Assembly (NCBI GenBank): GCA_002428525.1
Contig: DIWU01000032.1
Coordinates: 1,269-65,268 of the forward strand
From: a bacterium UBP14_UBA6098
Lineage (GTDB): Bacteria > UBP14 > UBA6098
DNA length: 64,000 nucleotides
Reading direction: 5' to 3'
Shown: one piece after another, positions 38,428-48,488 of the stretch
How the letters are laid out: each line of letters begins with the position of its first letter
How positions within the stretch are numbered: the stretch's first letter is position 1
Program-made: the position numbers and the translations under genes
The notes under the pieces: generated by a model
What the model was told of the DNA's origin: nothing
Database searches by the model: none
Seen by the model: the letters and a program-made list of their open reading frames with translations, nothing else

Positions 38428-39780
38428 ATGTTTCGCATCATCGACAAAAACAGCGTGATCGGCTATTGGGCGGCTCTCCGCCCGATAGCCGTCGCCGTTT
38501 TGACCCTATTTGCCCCGCTGAACGCCGCGCCAGTTGTTCGCTTCGGCGTTGAAGCCAACCTCGCCAATCAAAACTATTCCGAGATTACAAGCTCTGAGAT
38601 GAACTCGGGGGCCTTTCTCGAGTTTTCGAGAAGCGTCGATTGCCCGATGAGATTATCCGGCGGCGTCAGAGCTGTCTCGATAACCTCGGACGACTTAGGT
38701 TATCTTCTTGTGGGGCCGGAGGTTAACGCATTTTACTATCTTCCCCTCGCGAGAAGGATAAGCCTATCCGGCGGCCTCGGCGCTGGATATCTTATCTCGA
38801 ATGCAGACGAGATCGAGAGCGGAGCTTATTGTCGCGTCGCGGTTGGCGCGAAAATTAACCCCTTGCCCGTTATAGATTTACGGTTATCACTATCCGCGAT
38901 TCCATTTAAATCGCCCAACGAAACAGCATTCTCGAACTACGGTTTCGGCCTCGGGATTTCCTATATGTTCGGCTTTAAGGACAGAGACCGCGACTGGGTT
39001 TCAAACGATCTTGACATATGCCCGAATACACCTCGCGGCGCTAAGGTTGACGAGATGGGTTGCGCCTTCGACAACGACGGCGACGGCGTTTTCGACGGTC
39101 TGGACAAATGCCCGAACACCGCTTCGGGATGTATCGTTGACGAGGATGGTTGCCCGGTGGACTCCGATGACGACGGAGTTTGCGACGGTGTAGATAAATG
39201 CTCAGAAACTCCGGGCCATATTGAGGTCGATTCGACCGGTTGCCCCAAGGACTCCGATGGCGACGGCGTGCCGGATTACATGGATAAATGCCCGGGCACT
39301 CCTCGAAAAGCGATAGTTGACGAGTTCGGTTGCCCCAAAGACTCCGACGAGGACGGCGTGCCCGACGGCCTCGACCAATGCCCGCAAACACCGAGCGGAT
39401 TTATCGTAAATTCGGTCGGTTGTCCCTTTGTCTCCCCCGTCGAATATGAGGAGATCCGCGACGCCTACGATATCAGTCTGAGCCTCAAGGCCGCCGCGAT
39501 GCAGAAACTGGAAAACATCGCCGAACGGCTCAGGGCCTACCCATTCCGCATCGTGGAAATCGGCGTTTATACAGACAGCGAGGGCAGTGTCACCTATAAT
39601 ATCAACCGCGGAATGCGTGTCGCGGAAAAGGTTAGAGATGTGTTGGTCGCGCGTGGCGTCACGGCCGACCAGCTTAAGCTCAAGGGCTACGGCGAGGCCG
39701 ATCCCGTGGCGCCGAACTCCACCTCGGAGGGCCTTCTTCAGAATAGAAGAATTGTGTTCAAATATATAAACGATAAGTAA
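38428..39780 (+). CDS. OmpA-family outer-membrane protein with thrombospondin type 3 (TSP3) calcium-binding repeats
   Basis: The N-terminal signal/beta region is followed by about 7 DxDxDGxxDxxDxCP repeats. The C-terminal OmpA peptidoglycan-binding domain reads GYGEADPVAPNSTSEGLLQNRRIVF. The start is ATG 38428, and the tool ORF start inside rpsA was rejected. Confidence 0.75.
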   Translation: MFRIIDKNSVIGYWAALRPIAVAVLTLFAPLNAAPVVRFGVEANLANQNYSEITSSEMNSGAFLEFSRSVDCPMRLSGGVRAVSITSDDLGYLLVGPEVNAFYYLPLARRISLSGGLGAGYLISNADEIESGAYCRVAVGAKINPLPVIDLRLSLSAIPFKSPNETAFSNYGFGLGISYMFGFKDRDRDWVSNDLDICPNTPRGAKVDEMGCAFDNDGDGVFDGLDKCPNTASGCIVDEDGCPVDSDDDGVCDGVDKCSETPGHIEVDSTGCPKDSDGDGVPDYMDKCPGTPRKAIVDEFGCPKDSDEDGVPDGLDQCPQTPSGFIVNSVGCPFVSPVEYEEIRDAYDISLSLKAAAMQKLENIAERLRAYPFRIVEIGVYTDSEGSVTYNINRGMRVAEKVRDVLVARGVTADQLKLKGYGEADPVAPNSTSEGLLQNRRIVFKYINDK

Positions 39781-39813
39781 AAACAAAGCCATTTTGCCCC
39801 GACAGGAGGGAAA

Positions 39814-41736
39814 ATGAAGAAATTGCTGTTAGCTCTAGTGATGTTAGTTCTCGTCGGAAGTTTAGCCTTCGGCGAAGAGGTGCTCTACAAGTTTTCCGCA
39901 GGCCCAAGCGCCGGTTTAGTCAAAACCGGTGGAGTCTTCGACTATTGGGCACTCGGACAAACCTACGGCGGCGTGTTTAAGTTCGGGATTACTAAAGAAT
40001 TCGAAATTGGTATTCAAGGGGCTTATAACTATTCCTACCCGGGGAATAATATCAGCATCTTCCCCTTCCCCCTCAGAGATGCGGAAACAAAGGTTTTGCT
40101 CCCCCTTACCGACTTCCATCCTCCGGGAAACGCCTTCGTTGTCATTCCGGATTCTACAAACATCAACGGCTATCGGCTCGAGAGCTACAAAAAGATCCGC
40201 TTCTCAATGGATAGGCACCCCAACCTGCCGATTAAGCTCACAGCTATACCGATCGAGCTTTTCATGCAGTGGCGCAGTTTCACGCATACAATCTTCAATC
40301 CATATATCCAAATCGGCGGCGGCCTGATGTCATGGAAGGCTGTCAATGACGAAACCGGCAAGCTGTTCGAGGTCGCATATGAACCGGACGCTAGGTATGG
40401 CGATGTTCTGCCCGAAACGACATGGGTCGAGTTCAAGGGTCGCCATTTCCATATGATGCTCGGTCTCGGCTTCGAGGTATTCCCCGTCGAACAGGTCGGT
40501 ATCGATGTCGGTTTCCGCGGATACTATCCGTTCATGGACGATATGGCTGTCTTCACCCTCGACACTATCGTCGGTTGGGCGGAGATCTCCGCGAGGCTGA
40601 ATTTCTACTACGGCGGTGTCCGCGATAGCGATAAGGACGGCGTCTTCGATAAGGACGATAAGTGCCCGCATACACCATTCGGCGCTATCGTCGATGAATT
40701 CGGCTGTCCCGTGGATACCGACGGCGATGGTATCTTTGACGGCCTCGACAAATGCCCCAACACGGCGATCGGCTGTATCGTCGATATTGAGGGCTGTCCG
40801 TTAGATATCGATGGCGACGCTATTTGCGACGGTATCGATAGATGTCCCGAAACACCCTCCGGCGTGAAAGTTGACGAATTCGGATGTCCGGTCGATTCCG
40901 ACGGCGACGGCGTGCCGGATTATTTGGACAATTGTCCGAATACACCGCTCGGGGCCTTGGTCGATGTCAGCGGCTGTCCGATGGACACCGACGGCGACGG
41001 CGTTTACGACGGCCTCGACAAATGCCCCAACACTCCTATCGGCACTGTTGTTAACCAGTTCGGTTGCCCGCAAACGAAGGCCGATACCGATGGCGACGGC
41101 ATCTCCGACGATCAGGACAGGTGCCCCGACACACCGCGTGGCGCAAGGGTCGATGATTTCGGTTGTCCGGTCGATTCCGACAGCGATATGGTGCCCGATC
41201 ATAAGGACAAATGCCCGAACACCACAAAGGGCTGTATCGTCGATGCCGATGGTTGCCCGCTCGATTCCGACGGCGACGGCGTCTGCGACGGCCTCGACAA
41301 ATGCCCGAATACTCCAAAGGACATCGAAGTCAACGAGGACGGCTGTCCTAAGCTGAAGAAGCTCAAGAAGGGCGAATCGATTCGTGTTAAGGTCTATTTC
41401 GAAACGGCCAAATGGGACATCACTCCTCAAGGTGCTAAAGACCTGCAAATCGCCTTTAACACCCTCAAGGCCTACCCCGAAATGATGGTCGTGATCGAGG
41501 GCCACACAGACGCGAGAGGCGCTGAGGATTACAACCGTGAGCTATCGATCAAACGCGCGAAGAGCATCAAGGAATGGCTCGTCAAACAGGGCATCGAGGA
41601 TAGCCGCCTCGAAACTGTAGGCTATGGCGAATCCCGCCCGGTTGACACAAACGAAACCGCGGAGGGAATGGCGAACAACCGCAGAATCGAATTCAGATGC
41701 ACGAGCGGTTGTGCCGAAGAGGTCGAATTCGAATAG
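39814..41736 (+). CDS. OmpA-family outer-membrane protein with TSP3 repeats (paralog)
   Basis: The signal peptide is MKKLLLALVMLVLVGSLAFG. About 12 TSP3 repeats are followed by an OmpA C-terminal domain (NRRIEF). AGGAGGG precedes the start. Confidence 0.75.
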   Translation: MKKLLLALVMLVLVGSLAFGEEVLYKFSAGPSAGLVKTGGVFDYWALGQTYGGVFKFGITKEFEIGIQGAYNYSYPGNNISIFPFPLRDAETKVLLPLTDFHPPGNAFVVIPDSTNINGYRLESYKKIRFSMDRHPNLPIKLTAIPIELFMQWRSFTHTIFNPYIQIGGGLMSWKAVNDETGKLFEVAYEPDARYGDVLPETTWVEFKGRHFHMMLGLGFEVFPVEQVGIDVGFRGYYPFMDDMAVFTLDTIVGWAEISARLNFYYGGVRDSDKDGVFDKDDKCPHTPFGAIVDEFGCPVDTDGDGIFDGLDKCPNTAIGCIVDIEGCPLDIDGDAICDGIDRCPETPSGVKVDEFGCPVDSDGDGVPDYLDNCPNTPLGALVDVSGCPMDTDGDGVYDGLDKCPNTPIGTVVNQFGCPQTKADTDGDGISDDQDRCPDTPRGARVDDFGCPVDSDSDMVPDHKDKCPNTTKGCIVDADGCPLDSDGDGVCDGLDKCPNTPKDIEVNEDGCPKLKKLKKGESIRVKVYFETAKWDITPQGAKDLQIAFNTLKAYPEMMVVIEGHTDARGAEDYNRELSIKRAKSIKEWLVKQGIEDSRLETVGYGESRPVDTNETAEGMANNRRIEFRCTSGCAEEVEFE

Positions 41737-42594
41737 ATGAAGCCCTTCATCCTGATAATAACGCTTTTCATCGTGGCAGGGGCGGCGTTTGCCGCCCCCT
41801 TGCCCGATGAAGAGGTCGGGGACAGTATCCCAACCCTCGAAAGGCCGCTTGCACTTCAACTTTACAATCCCCCTGAACCACAAATCGTGCCGTGGAGATT
41901 GGGAGTCTATTCCGCGATGACACTCGGACTTGTCGGCTACTGCTTTTCCCGCATGGACGACTGGTGGGGCCGAATTTACTGTCCCTTTCATATCAAACAC
42001 AACGACTGGGCGGGGGATAATCTCGCTCAAACCGACGAAGTAAGCCACGCCTTCGTATCTTACAAGATCGCTCAGGCCGCGACAGGTTTGTCCAATTGGA
42101 GCGGCTTCAAGCCCGGGACATCGCGGATAATCGGAGGCGCCTTCGCGGGATCTATTATGCTCTTCGTCGAGTATCCGGTGGACGCACACAACCTGTATCA
42201 GGGGTTCGGCTACTCGGATATGATCGCAAATTCCCTCGGAATTACCCTCGCCCTCGCGAAGAACAGATGGCCGAAATACCTCGACCCTATCGATTTTCGT
42301 TTCTCGATAAAGGATTTGAGCGAAACGCCCAACGAGCTTATAGCTCAAACATTCGCGCAGAATGACAACTACATCTATTGGTTGACTGTCAATCCAATAG
42401 ATGATTACCCTTTCCATTTCGGTGTGGGATATTCGGCGAACCATGATAATCCGGAGTTTGCGGCCGAGCGCGAAGTTTACCTCGGCTTTGGGACAAGCAT
42501 CGCGGAACTCGCCGGTCTATATAACCCAAAATGGAAAAAGAGCCTTCAAACCTTTAATTTCTACGAACTCTCCTTTGCTTTGAGGGTTCATTAG
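41737..42594 (+). CDS. hypothetical secreted protein or lipoprotein co-transcribed with the OmpA pair
   Basis: A signal peptide is present. The start abuts the ompA stop. No family was confidently recognised (possibly DUF2279-like). Confidence 0.45.
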   Translation: MKPFILIITLFIVAGAAFAAPLPDEEVGDSIPTLERPLALQLYNPPEPQIVPWRLGVYSAMTLGLVGYCFSRMDDWWGRIYCPFHIKHNDWAGDNLAQTDEVSHAFVSYKIAQAATGLSNWSGFKPGTSRIIGGAFAGSIMLFVEYPVDAHNLYQGFGYSDMIANSLGITLALAKNRWPKYLDPIDFRFSIKDLSETPNELIAQTFAQNDNYIYWLTVNPIDDYPFHFGVGYSANHDNPEFAAEREVYLGFGTSIAELAGLYNPKWKKSLQTFNFYELSFALRVH

Positions 42595-42686
42595 GCACCG
42601 CGACTTAAGATATTAGTTTAACATTTTGAACTAATCTTAATATTGGGCTTGATTTACACCGTCAGTTTACTATTATTTTAATTACT

Positions 42687-44015
42687 ATGTCGTCTGAAGA
42701 TAAAAAAAGTATTTTCATCGAGACACTCGGATGCCCCAAAAACCAAGTGGATTCGGATATTCTCGCGCAATCCTTGGTTGGCTCGGGATGGCATATCGTC
42801 GATCGCGCCGCCGACGCAAATATTGTAATTGTCAATACCTGCGGATTCATTGAGGACGCCAAGGCGGAGAGCATCGAGTCGATATGGGAATACATCAGGG
42901 CAAAGCAATGCGGTCAAATCGACTCGGTCGTCGTCACGGGATGCCTCGCTGAGAGGTATCCCTCGGTTCTCGAGCAAGAAATGCCCGAAATCGACCTCGT
43001 TTTCGGCAACCGTAACCCAAAGCTCATAGCCGAAGCGATACTCGGAGGCACCGCCCAAAAACCCCGCCTTTCTGTTCCATCGAATTTCCTTGTGGATTGG
43101 TATGAACACCCCCTTGGCACTAACGGTCACTATTGGGCATATCTGAAAGTCACCGAGGGATGCAACAACCGCTGTAGCTATTGCGCTATCCCCTCGATTC
43201 GCGGCGGTTTGCGGAGCGCGCCAATAGAATCCCTTATAGCTCAAGCGAGGTTTTATATCGAGTCCGGTATCAAGGAGATTATCTTAGTCGGGCAAGACAC
43301 AAGCGCATACGGCCTCGACACCGGCAGGTCTCGATTCCCGGAGCTTCTGCGCCGAGTCTCGGAGATCGAGGGCGATTTCTGGATTCGGATTCTCTATACC
43401 CATCCGCGAAATATGACCGACGAGGCTATCGCCGCGATAGTTGAAACACCCAAGGTCTTACCCTATATCGATATGCCGATTCAGCATATCTCCGATCGTT
43501 TGCTGGCGCGTATGGAACGCCACGTGAATAGCGAGCAGATCAGGGAAATAGTCCGCAAACTCAAATCCGGCAAGCCGGATATCGTCCTTAGGACAAGCGT
43601 TATCGTCGGCTTCCCCGGAGAAACACAGGAGGATTTCGAGCAACTCTCCGCCTATCTCGACGAGGGGCATTTCATCCACGGCGGTGTTTTCGCCTATTCG
43701 CCGGAGGATGGCACGCCGGCTGTTAGCTTTAAAGATGAACTTGAACGCGACACGATAGCCGAGCGCAAGATGTTCATCGAGATGATCTTCGATAGGATAA
43801 GACAGGAGACAAATTCGGCTTTGCAGAACCGAGTTTTAGAGGTTCTCGTCGAAAAAGAGGGATCGCGATCCGGCGTTATGTGGGGCCGAACGCGCTACGA
43901 TGCCCCCGAGATCGACAGGACTGTCCGTTTCCGCGGCTCGGCGAAGATAGGTTCTTTCGCTCAGGTGATGATAATAAAAGGCTCGGGATTTCATCTTCTG
44001 GGAGTGCAAAAATGA
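42687..44015 (+). CDS. rimO: ribosomal protein S12 methylthiotransferase RimO (radical SAM MTTase)
   Basis: It has an N-terminal MTTase domain (LGCPKNQVDSD), a radical SAM CNNRCSYC motif and a C-terminal TRAM domain. Confidence 0.85.
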   Translation: MSSEDKKSIFIETLGCPKNQVDSDILAQSLVGSGWHIVDRAADANIVIVNTCGFIEDAKAESIESIWEYIRAKQCGQIDSVVVTGCLAERYPSVLEQEMPEIDLVFGNRNPKLIAEAILGGTAQKPRLSVPSNFLVDWYEHPLGTNGHYWAYLKVTEGCNNRCSYCAIPSIRGGLRSAPIESLIAQARFYIESGIKEIILVGQDTSAYGLDTGRSRFPELLRRVSEIEGDFWIRILYTHPRNMTDEAIAAIVETPKVLPYIDMPIQHISDRLLARMERHVNSEQIREIVRKLKSGKPDIVLRTSVIVGFPGETQEDFEQLSAYLDEGHFIHGGVFAYSPEDGTPAVSFKDELERDTIAERKMFIEMIFDRIRQETNSALQNRVLEVLVEKEGSRSGVMWGRTRYDAPEIDRTVRFRGSAKIGSFAQVMIIKGSGFHLLGVQK

Positions 44016-45082
44016 GGCGATTGCCATGCATCGCTTTGCTTCTCGCCCCCGCCTTCGTCGCGACGGCCGCGCCTAATTATAATGCGGTTTACAACGAGGC
44101 CTATCAGCTCCTCGAAGCGGGACGGAACTCCGAGGCGCGAAGCAAGTTCCAGATAGTACTCGAGGCCCCGCCGGAAAGCGGCCTCCTCGATAACGCCGAG
44201 TATTGGATCGCAAACAGCTTTCTTCGGGAGTCCAACTACAACGAAGCGGTCAGGCACTACAAGCGCGCGCAGGTTCTTCCCGACGGCAATAAGCACGCCG
44301 CCTCGCAGTTCGAGCTTGCAAAGGCGCTCTCTATGGCCGGCGACTCGATCGGTGCGGTGATCGAATACTACAAGGTTTTAACACTCTATCCCGACGAGGA
44401 CGAGGGGAATCTTGCAAAACGGGCTCTCGCCCGAATCGATTCTCTGGGAGATTTCTCAAAACCCGCCGCGACCGACTCCCAATCCACCTCGCCACCTCTG
44501 TATTCCCCGCAAACACGCCCCACACCCGCTTCGATAGCTTCAATAAAACCACGGGTTCAAACCCAGACTCAAACTCCACCACCGCCAAAGCCTGAAGCTG
44601 TAAAACCCGAAGCGCAAACCGCCGCCCCTAAAGCGTATGCGCAGGTTCAACCCCAATCCAAACCGGAGACTGCACCTGCACCTCCACAGACAATCGCGGT
44701 GAAACCGGAGTCAGCCGCGGTAGGCAAACCCGCCGAGGGAAACGCTCAGCAGAAGACGACTCCGCCACCGCCGGTAACTCAGCCACAGGGGGAAACCGCA
44801 CAGGCTCAACAACCTCCCGCCCCGGCTCCGATAACCCCTCAACCCGCGCAAACCGCCGAAGGGCAAGACTCTACCGGCTCCGCGCCTGCGATCGGCGGAC
44901 TTGCGCAGTATTCACAGGATTCGATGAATACCCAATATACCCAAGATTACCCCGAGGGCGAGGTCCCCGGAGTGCCATGGGATCAGCCTTCACCAGTTAA
45001 ACGCGAAGACGGGATTCTCACACTGCCCCTCCACGCCGATCCGCGAACATTAATCTTACCTAAAGACAAGCAGGGATTTTGA
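44012..45082 (+). CDS. secreted TPR-like protein with long Pro/Gln/Thr-rich low-complexity linker
   Basis: The signal peptide is MRRLPCIALLLAPAFVATAA. A YbgF/BamD-like TPR region is followed by a proline-rich region of about 170 aa. The start overlaps the rimO stop (ATGA). Confidence 0.55.
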   Translation: MRRLPCIALLLAPAFVATAAPNYNAVYNEAYQLLEAGRNSEARSKFQIVLEAPPESGLLDNAEYWIANSFLRESNYNEAVRHYKRAQVLPDGNKHAASQFELAKALSMAGDSIGAVIEYYKVLTLYPDEDEGNLAKRALARIDSLGDFSKPAATDSQSTSPPLYSPQTRPTPASIASIKPRVQTQTQTPPPPKPEAVKPEAQTAAPKAYAQVQPQSKPETAPAPPQTIAVKPESAAVGKPAEGNAQQKTTPPPPVTQPQGETAQAQQPPAPAPITPQPAQTAEGQDSTGSAPAIGGLAQYSQDSMNTQYTQDYPEGEVPGVPWDQPSPVKREDGILTLPLHADPRTLILPKDKQGF

Positions 45083-45846
45083 TGAATTTTCCACGATTTC
45101 TCACAGGCCTTATCTTGATTTCCACACTCTTTTTTGCATGCTCGAAAGCCCCAGTCCTTACGAACCAAGGGGATTCCGCGAAATCCGACCTTCTCTTCGA
45201 GCGGGGGATGAAGTTTTTCGACGCGGGCAAATTCGACAAAGCGGCCACAGTTTTCAACGAGTTCGTCTATTCCTATCCATACCATGAAGATATCGCCAAA
45301 GGAACATTCATGTTGGCGGAATCCTATTTCAAAGACGGCCAATTCGAGTTGGCCTCGATGGAATACCGCCGAATCTCACAGCGCTTCGAGGATAGCGAAT
45401 ATGCCGAGCGTGCCGAACTCATGATCGGCGAATCCTATCTTTCTGCCTCGCCGAGAACCGACCTCGAGCAGGACAAAACCAAGACCGCGCTCGAATACTT
45501 CAAAGATTTCCTGACCTTCCGCCCCGGCTCCGAGTTTGTCCCGATGGCCGAGGACGGTATCCGCCGATGCCGGGAAAAGCTCGCAAAGAAGGAATTCGAT
45601 ATCGCCCTTAGCTATTTCAAGCTGACACAGTTCGACGCGGCGATCCTCTATTGCGATCTCATCGAGGAGGAATACGGCGGCACTATTTATGTGCCTCGAG
45701 CAAGACTATTGAAGGCGAGATCGTTGATAGGCCTCGAAAAAATCGAGGACGCGCGCCCGATTTTAAACGAACTCGCCGATTCCTCGGCAACAGATGAGAC
45801 CTCGAAAGAGGCGACTAAACTTTTAAAAAAAATAGACCAACGATAA
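45079..45846 (+). CDS. bamD: outer membrane protein assembly factor BamD (TPR lipoprotein)
   Basis: The lipobox is LFFACS. TPR-like repeats are present, and the size and arrangement are typical of BamD/YfiO. Confidence 0.7.
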   Translation: MMNFPRFLTGLILISTLFFACSKAPVLTNQGDSAKSDLLFERGMKFFDAGKFDKAATVFNEFVYSYPYHEDIAKGTFMLAESYFKDGQFELASMEYRRISQRFEDSEYAERAELMIGESYLSASPRTDLEQDKTKTALEYFKDFLTFRPGSEFVPMAEDGIRRCREKLAKKEFDIALSYFKLTQFDAAILYCDLIEEEYGGTIYVPRARLLKARSLIGLEKIEDARPILNELADSSATDETSKEATKLLKKIDQR

Positions 45847-45967
45847 CGGTTTTTATAAGCTGACGAAAATCGGCCTTCCGGAACAAAACTTTTCTATTGC
45901 TCGCTTAGGTCGATGCATTGAACACTCGAGACTTATAAACCGGCCAATCCGGCACTCAAGAGGGAAA

Positions 45968-46576
45968 ATGTCACGGCGAGGAATATTCGGTGGCACATTC
46001 GACCCCCCTCATGTGGGGCATATCTCCTTGGCCTCGAATATGGCCGACCTAATTCCCCTCGACACAGTCCATTGGGTTCCCGCAAAAACACCGCCACACA
46101 AGAACGAACGGGCGATCTCCCCCGCAGAACATCGCGTCGCCCTGCTCGAACTTATCATCGATATGGACCCTCGATGGGAACTTTGCAGATTCGAGCTGGA
46201 GTCCGAGCAACCGCCGTGGACTGTCTTCCTGCTCGAACGCTTCAAGCGCGAATACCCCGGCGACAAGCTTCATCTTTTGATCGGCGGAGATTCGCTCGCC
46301 GAACTGACAACTTGGCGGGACTATCGCCGCCTTTGGGAACTCGCCGAGATCGATGTCGCGGTGAGGCCCGGCTGGAAACTCTCGGAGGTCGATGAGGAGG
46401 TTGTTTCCAATGTCGTCCTTATCCCCTGTCCTCAGATAGAGATCGGATCGACCGAGATTCGCGGCCGAATCCGCCGCGGAGAGCCTGTCGATGGCCTTGT
46501 GCCGGCGAGGGTTCTCGATTATATTGTGCAGAACGGCCTTTTTTCAAACATTCTTCACGGGAGTGAAAATGAGTAA
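45968..46576 (+). CDS. nadD: nicotinate-nucleotide adenylyltransferase
   Basis: GIFGGTFDPPHVGH is present. Confidence 0.85.
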   Translation: MSRRGIFGGTFDPPHVGHISLASNMADLIPLDTVHWVPAKTPPHKNERAISPAEHRVALLELIIDMDPRWELCRFELESEQPPWTVFLLERFKREYPGDKLHLLIGGDSLAELTTWRDYRRLWELAEIDVAVRPGWKLSEVDEEVVSNVVLIPCPQIEIGSTEIRGRIRRGEPVDGLVPARVLDYIVQNGLFSNILHGSENE

Positions 46577-48287
46577 AGAATTTCTCGCCGAGTCGATCGC
46601 TGTAGCCCTTGGAGAAAGACCCGCCGATCTCGTTTTGCGCGGGGCAAAGATTGTCAACACGTTGTCCGGCGAGGTGCACGGCGGCGATGTCGCAATATTC
46701 GCCGGAAGGATAGCCGGTATCGGGAGTTACGACGGCGAAAGCATCGTCGATCTCCACGGAGGCTATCTCGTTCCCGGGCTTATAGATAGCCATTGCCATA
46801 TCGAATCCGGAATGCTCGCGCCGGCCGGTTACGCCGCGGCGGTTCTCCCCTTCGGAACGACGACGGTCTTCGCCGACCCCCATGAGATCGCCAATGTTAT
46901 GGGCATCGAGGGAATCGAGCTGATGATTCGCCTTTCCGAGCACCTGCCCCTGTCGATACGATTCTTAGTGCCTTCCTGCGTTCCGGCCACCGATATGGAA
47001 AGCTCCGGCGCATCGATAGGCGCCGAGGAGGTCGCGGCTTTGCTTGGAAATAAAGCGATCGTCGGCCTCGCCGAGATGATGAATTACCCGGGGGTTATAT
47101 ATCGTGTTCCGGCAGTTCTCGACAAGATCGAAGCCGCGTTAGGGCGAATAATAGACGGCCATGCGCCGGGGCTTTCGGGGAAAGCCCTCAACGCTTACGT
47201 CTCCGCCGGAATCAGCTCCGAGCATGAGGCGACGACGGTCGAAGAGGCGGCGGAGAAACTTCGTGCAGGCATGTATCTCATGATTCGCGAGGGAACCGGC
47301 GCGCGCAACCTCGAGGCCCTACTGCCCGTTATCAATCGTGCCAATTCGCGCAGAATCCTCTTCGCCTCCGACGACCTCCATCCGCCCGAATTACTCTGTA
47401 GAGGCCATATCGACTACATGATCCGCAAAGCAATCGATTTCGGGGTCGAACCGATAGAGGCTATCCGAATGGGAACATTGAATGCCGCAGAGCATTTCGA
47501 GCAAACCGATATCGGCGCTATCGCCCCGGGGCGAGCGGCGAATTTAGTCTGGGTCGAGAGCCTCGAGGAATTCCACCCGAGGATGGTCTGGGCAAAGGGT
47601 GTCCTTCGCGCCGAGGACGGCCTTTTGATCGACAACAAATGGCAATCCGGCAGAATAGAGCCGCCAAACACTATGAATACGGCCCCCTTCGACGAATCCG
47701 ATTTTGCGATTATCGCCGAAGACCAAAAAAAGGCCCATATCATCGGTCTCATTCACGGCCAGATCGTCACCGATAACCTCCTCGAACCGGTGAAGGTCGA
47801 GGGCGGCCTCGCGGTCGCGGACATCGAACGCGATATCCTCAAACTCGCGGTAATAGAGCGCCATCGCGCCACCGGAAATATCGGCCTCGGATTCGTGAAG
47901 GGCTTCGGCTTGAAGCGCGGGGCGCTTGCAAGCTCAGTCGCGCACGATTCGCATAACCTCATAGTCGTAGGAACAAACGACGCCGATATGAGCCTCGCCG
48001 CAAAGGCGGTTGTCGAGATGCGCGGCGGTTTCGCGGCGGTAGCCGAGGGGAGGGTTTTGGGAACCCTCGCCCTTCCGCTGGCCGGCTTGATGGCCATCGA
48101 TAACGCGGCCAATATCGACCGACGTCTCGGGGAGATGAAATCGCTTGCCGAGTCGATGGGATGCGTGATCGAGGATCCATTCATGTTGCTCGGTTTTCTT
48201 GCACTGCCCGTGATACCGAAGCTAAAGCTAACCGACCGGGGCCTCGTCGATGTCGAACGGTTCGCGCCGATAGGCCTTTTCGATTAA
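46569..48287 (+). CDS. ade: adenine deaminase
   Basis: GLIDSHCHIESGM is the amidohydrolase signature, followed by an adenine deaminase C-terminal domain. The start is MSKEF at 46569, overlapping the nadD stop. Confidence 0.8.
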   Translation: MSKEFLAESIAVALGERPADLVLRGAKIVNTLSGEVHGGDVAIFAGRIAGIGSYDGESIVDLHGGYLVPGLIDSHCHIESGMLAPAGYAAAVLPFGTTTVFADPHEIANVMGIEGIELMIRLSEHLPLSIRFLVPSCVPATDMESSGASIGAEEVAALLGNKAIVGLAEMMNYPGVIYRVPAVLDKIEAALGRIIDGHAPGLSGKALNAYVSAGISSEHEATTVEEAAEKLRAGMYLMIREGTGARNLEALLPVINRANSRRILFASDDLHPPELLCRGHIDYMIRKAIDFGVEPIEAIRMGTLNAAEHFEQTDIGAIAPGRAANLVWVESLEEFHPRMVWAKGVLRAEDGLLIDNKWQSGRIEPPNTMNTAPFDESDFAIIAEDQKKAHIIGLIHGQIVTDNLLEPVKVEGGLAVADIERDILKLAVIERHRATGNIGLGFVKGFGLKRGALASSVAHDSHNLIVVGTNDADMSLAAKAVVEMRGGFAAVAEGRVLGTLALPLAGLMAIDNAANIDRRLGEMKSLAESMGCVIEDPFMLLGFLALPVIPKLKLTDRGLVDVERFAPIGLFD

Positions 48288-48488
48288 AATAAGCCGCATC
48301 GTGCCGTCACACAAGCATTTGCGGATTTCCTTGCCTCAATTCAATGCTGGAAAGCGCAAGCTTTTTTCTATCCCGCCTTTCGGGGACTTAAGAAAATTTT
48401 TAGTTGAACGAACTTAAGTTAATGCATATTATTATAATTGAGTGTTTCATAAGCGCTTTCGCGCTGTATTCGTTCAACGGAGGTTGAG

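Noticed and set aside
36606-38447. 613-aa minus-strand ORF antisense to rpsA
   Set aside because: It lies fully inside the strongly conserved S1 gene. It is a GC-rich antisense frame with low-complexity translation and no start context.
40801-41505. 234-aa minus-strand ORF and apparent periodic DNA repeats through 38.9-41.4 kb (considered as CRISPR or tandem repeat)
   Set aside because: The periodicity comes from the coding TSP3 calcium-binding repeats of the two OmpA genes. Repeat units are variable in length, with no spacer-repeat architecture and no cas genes.
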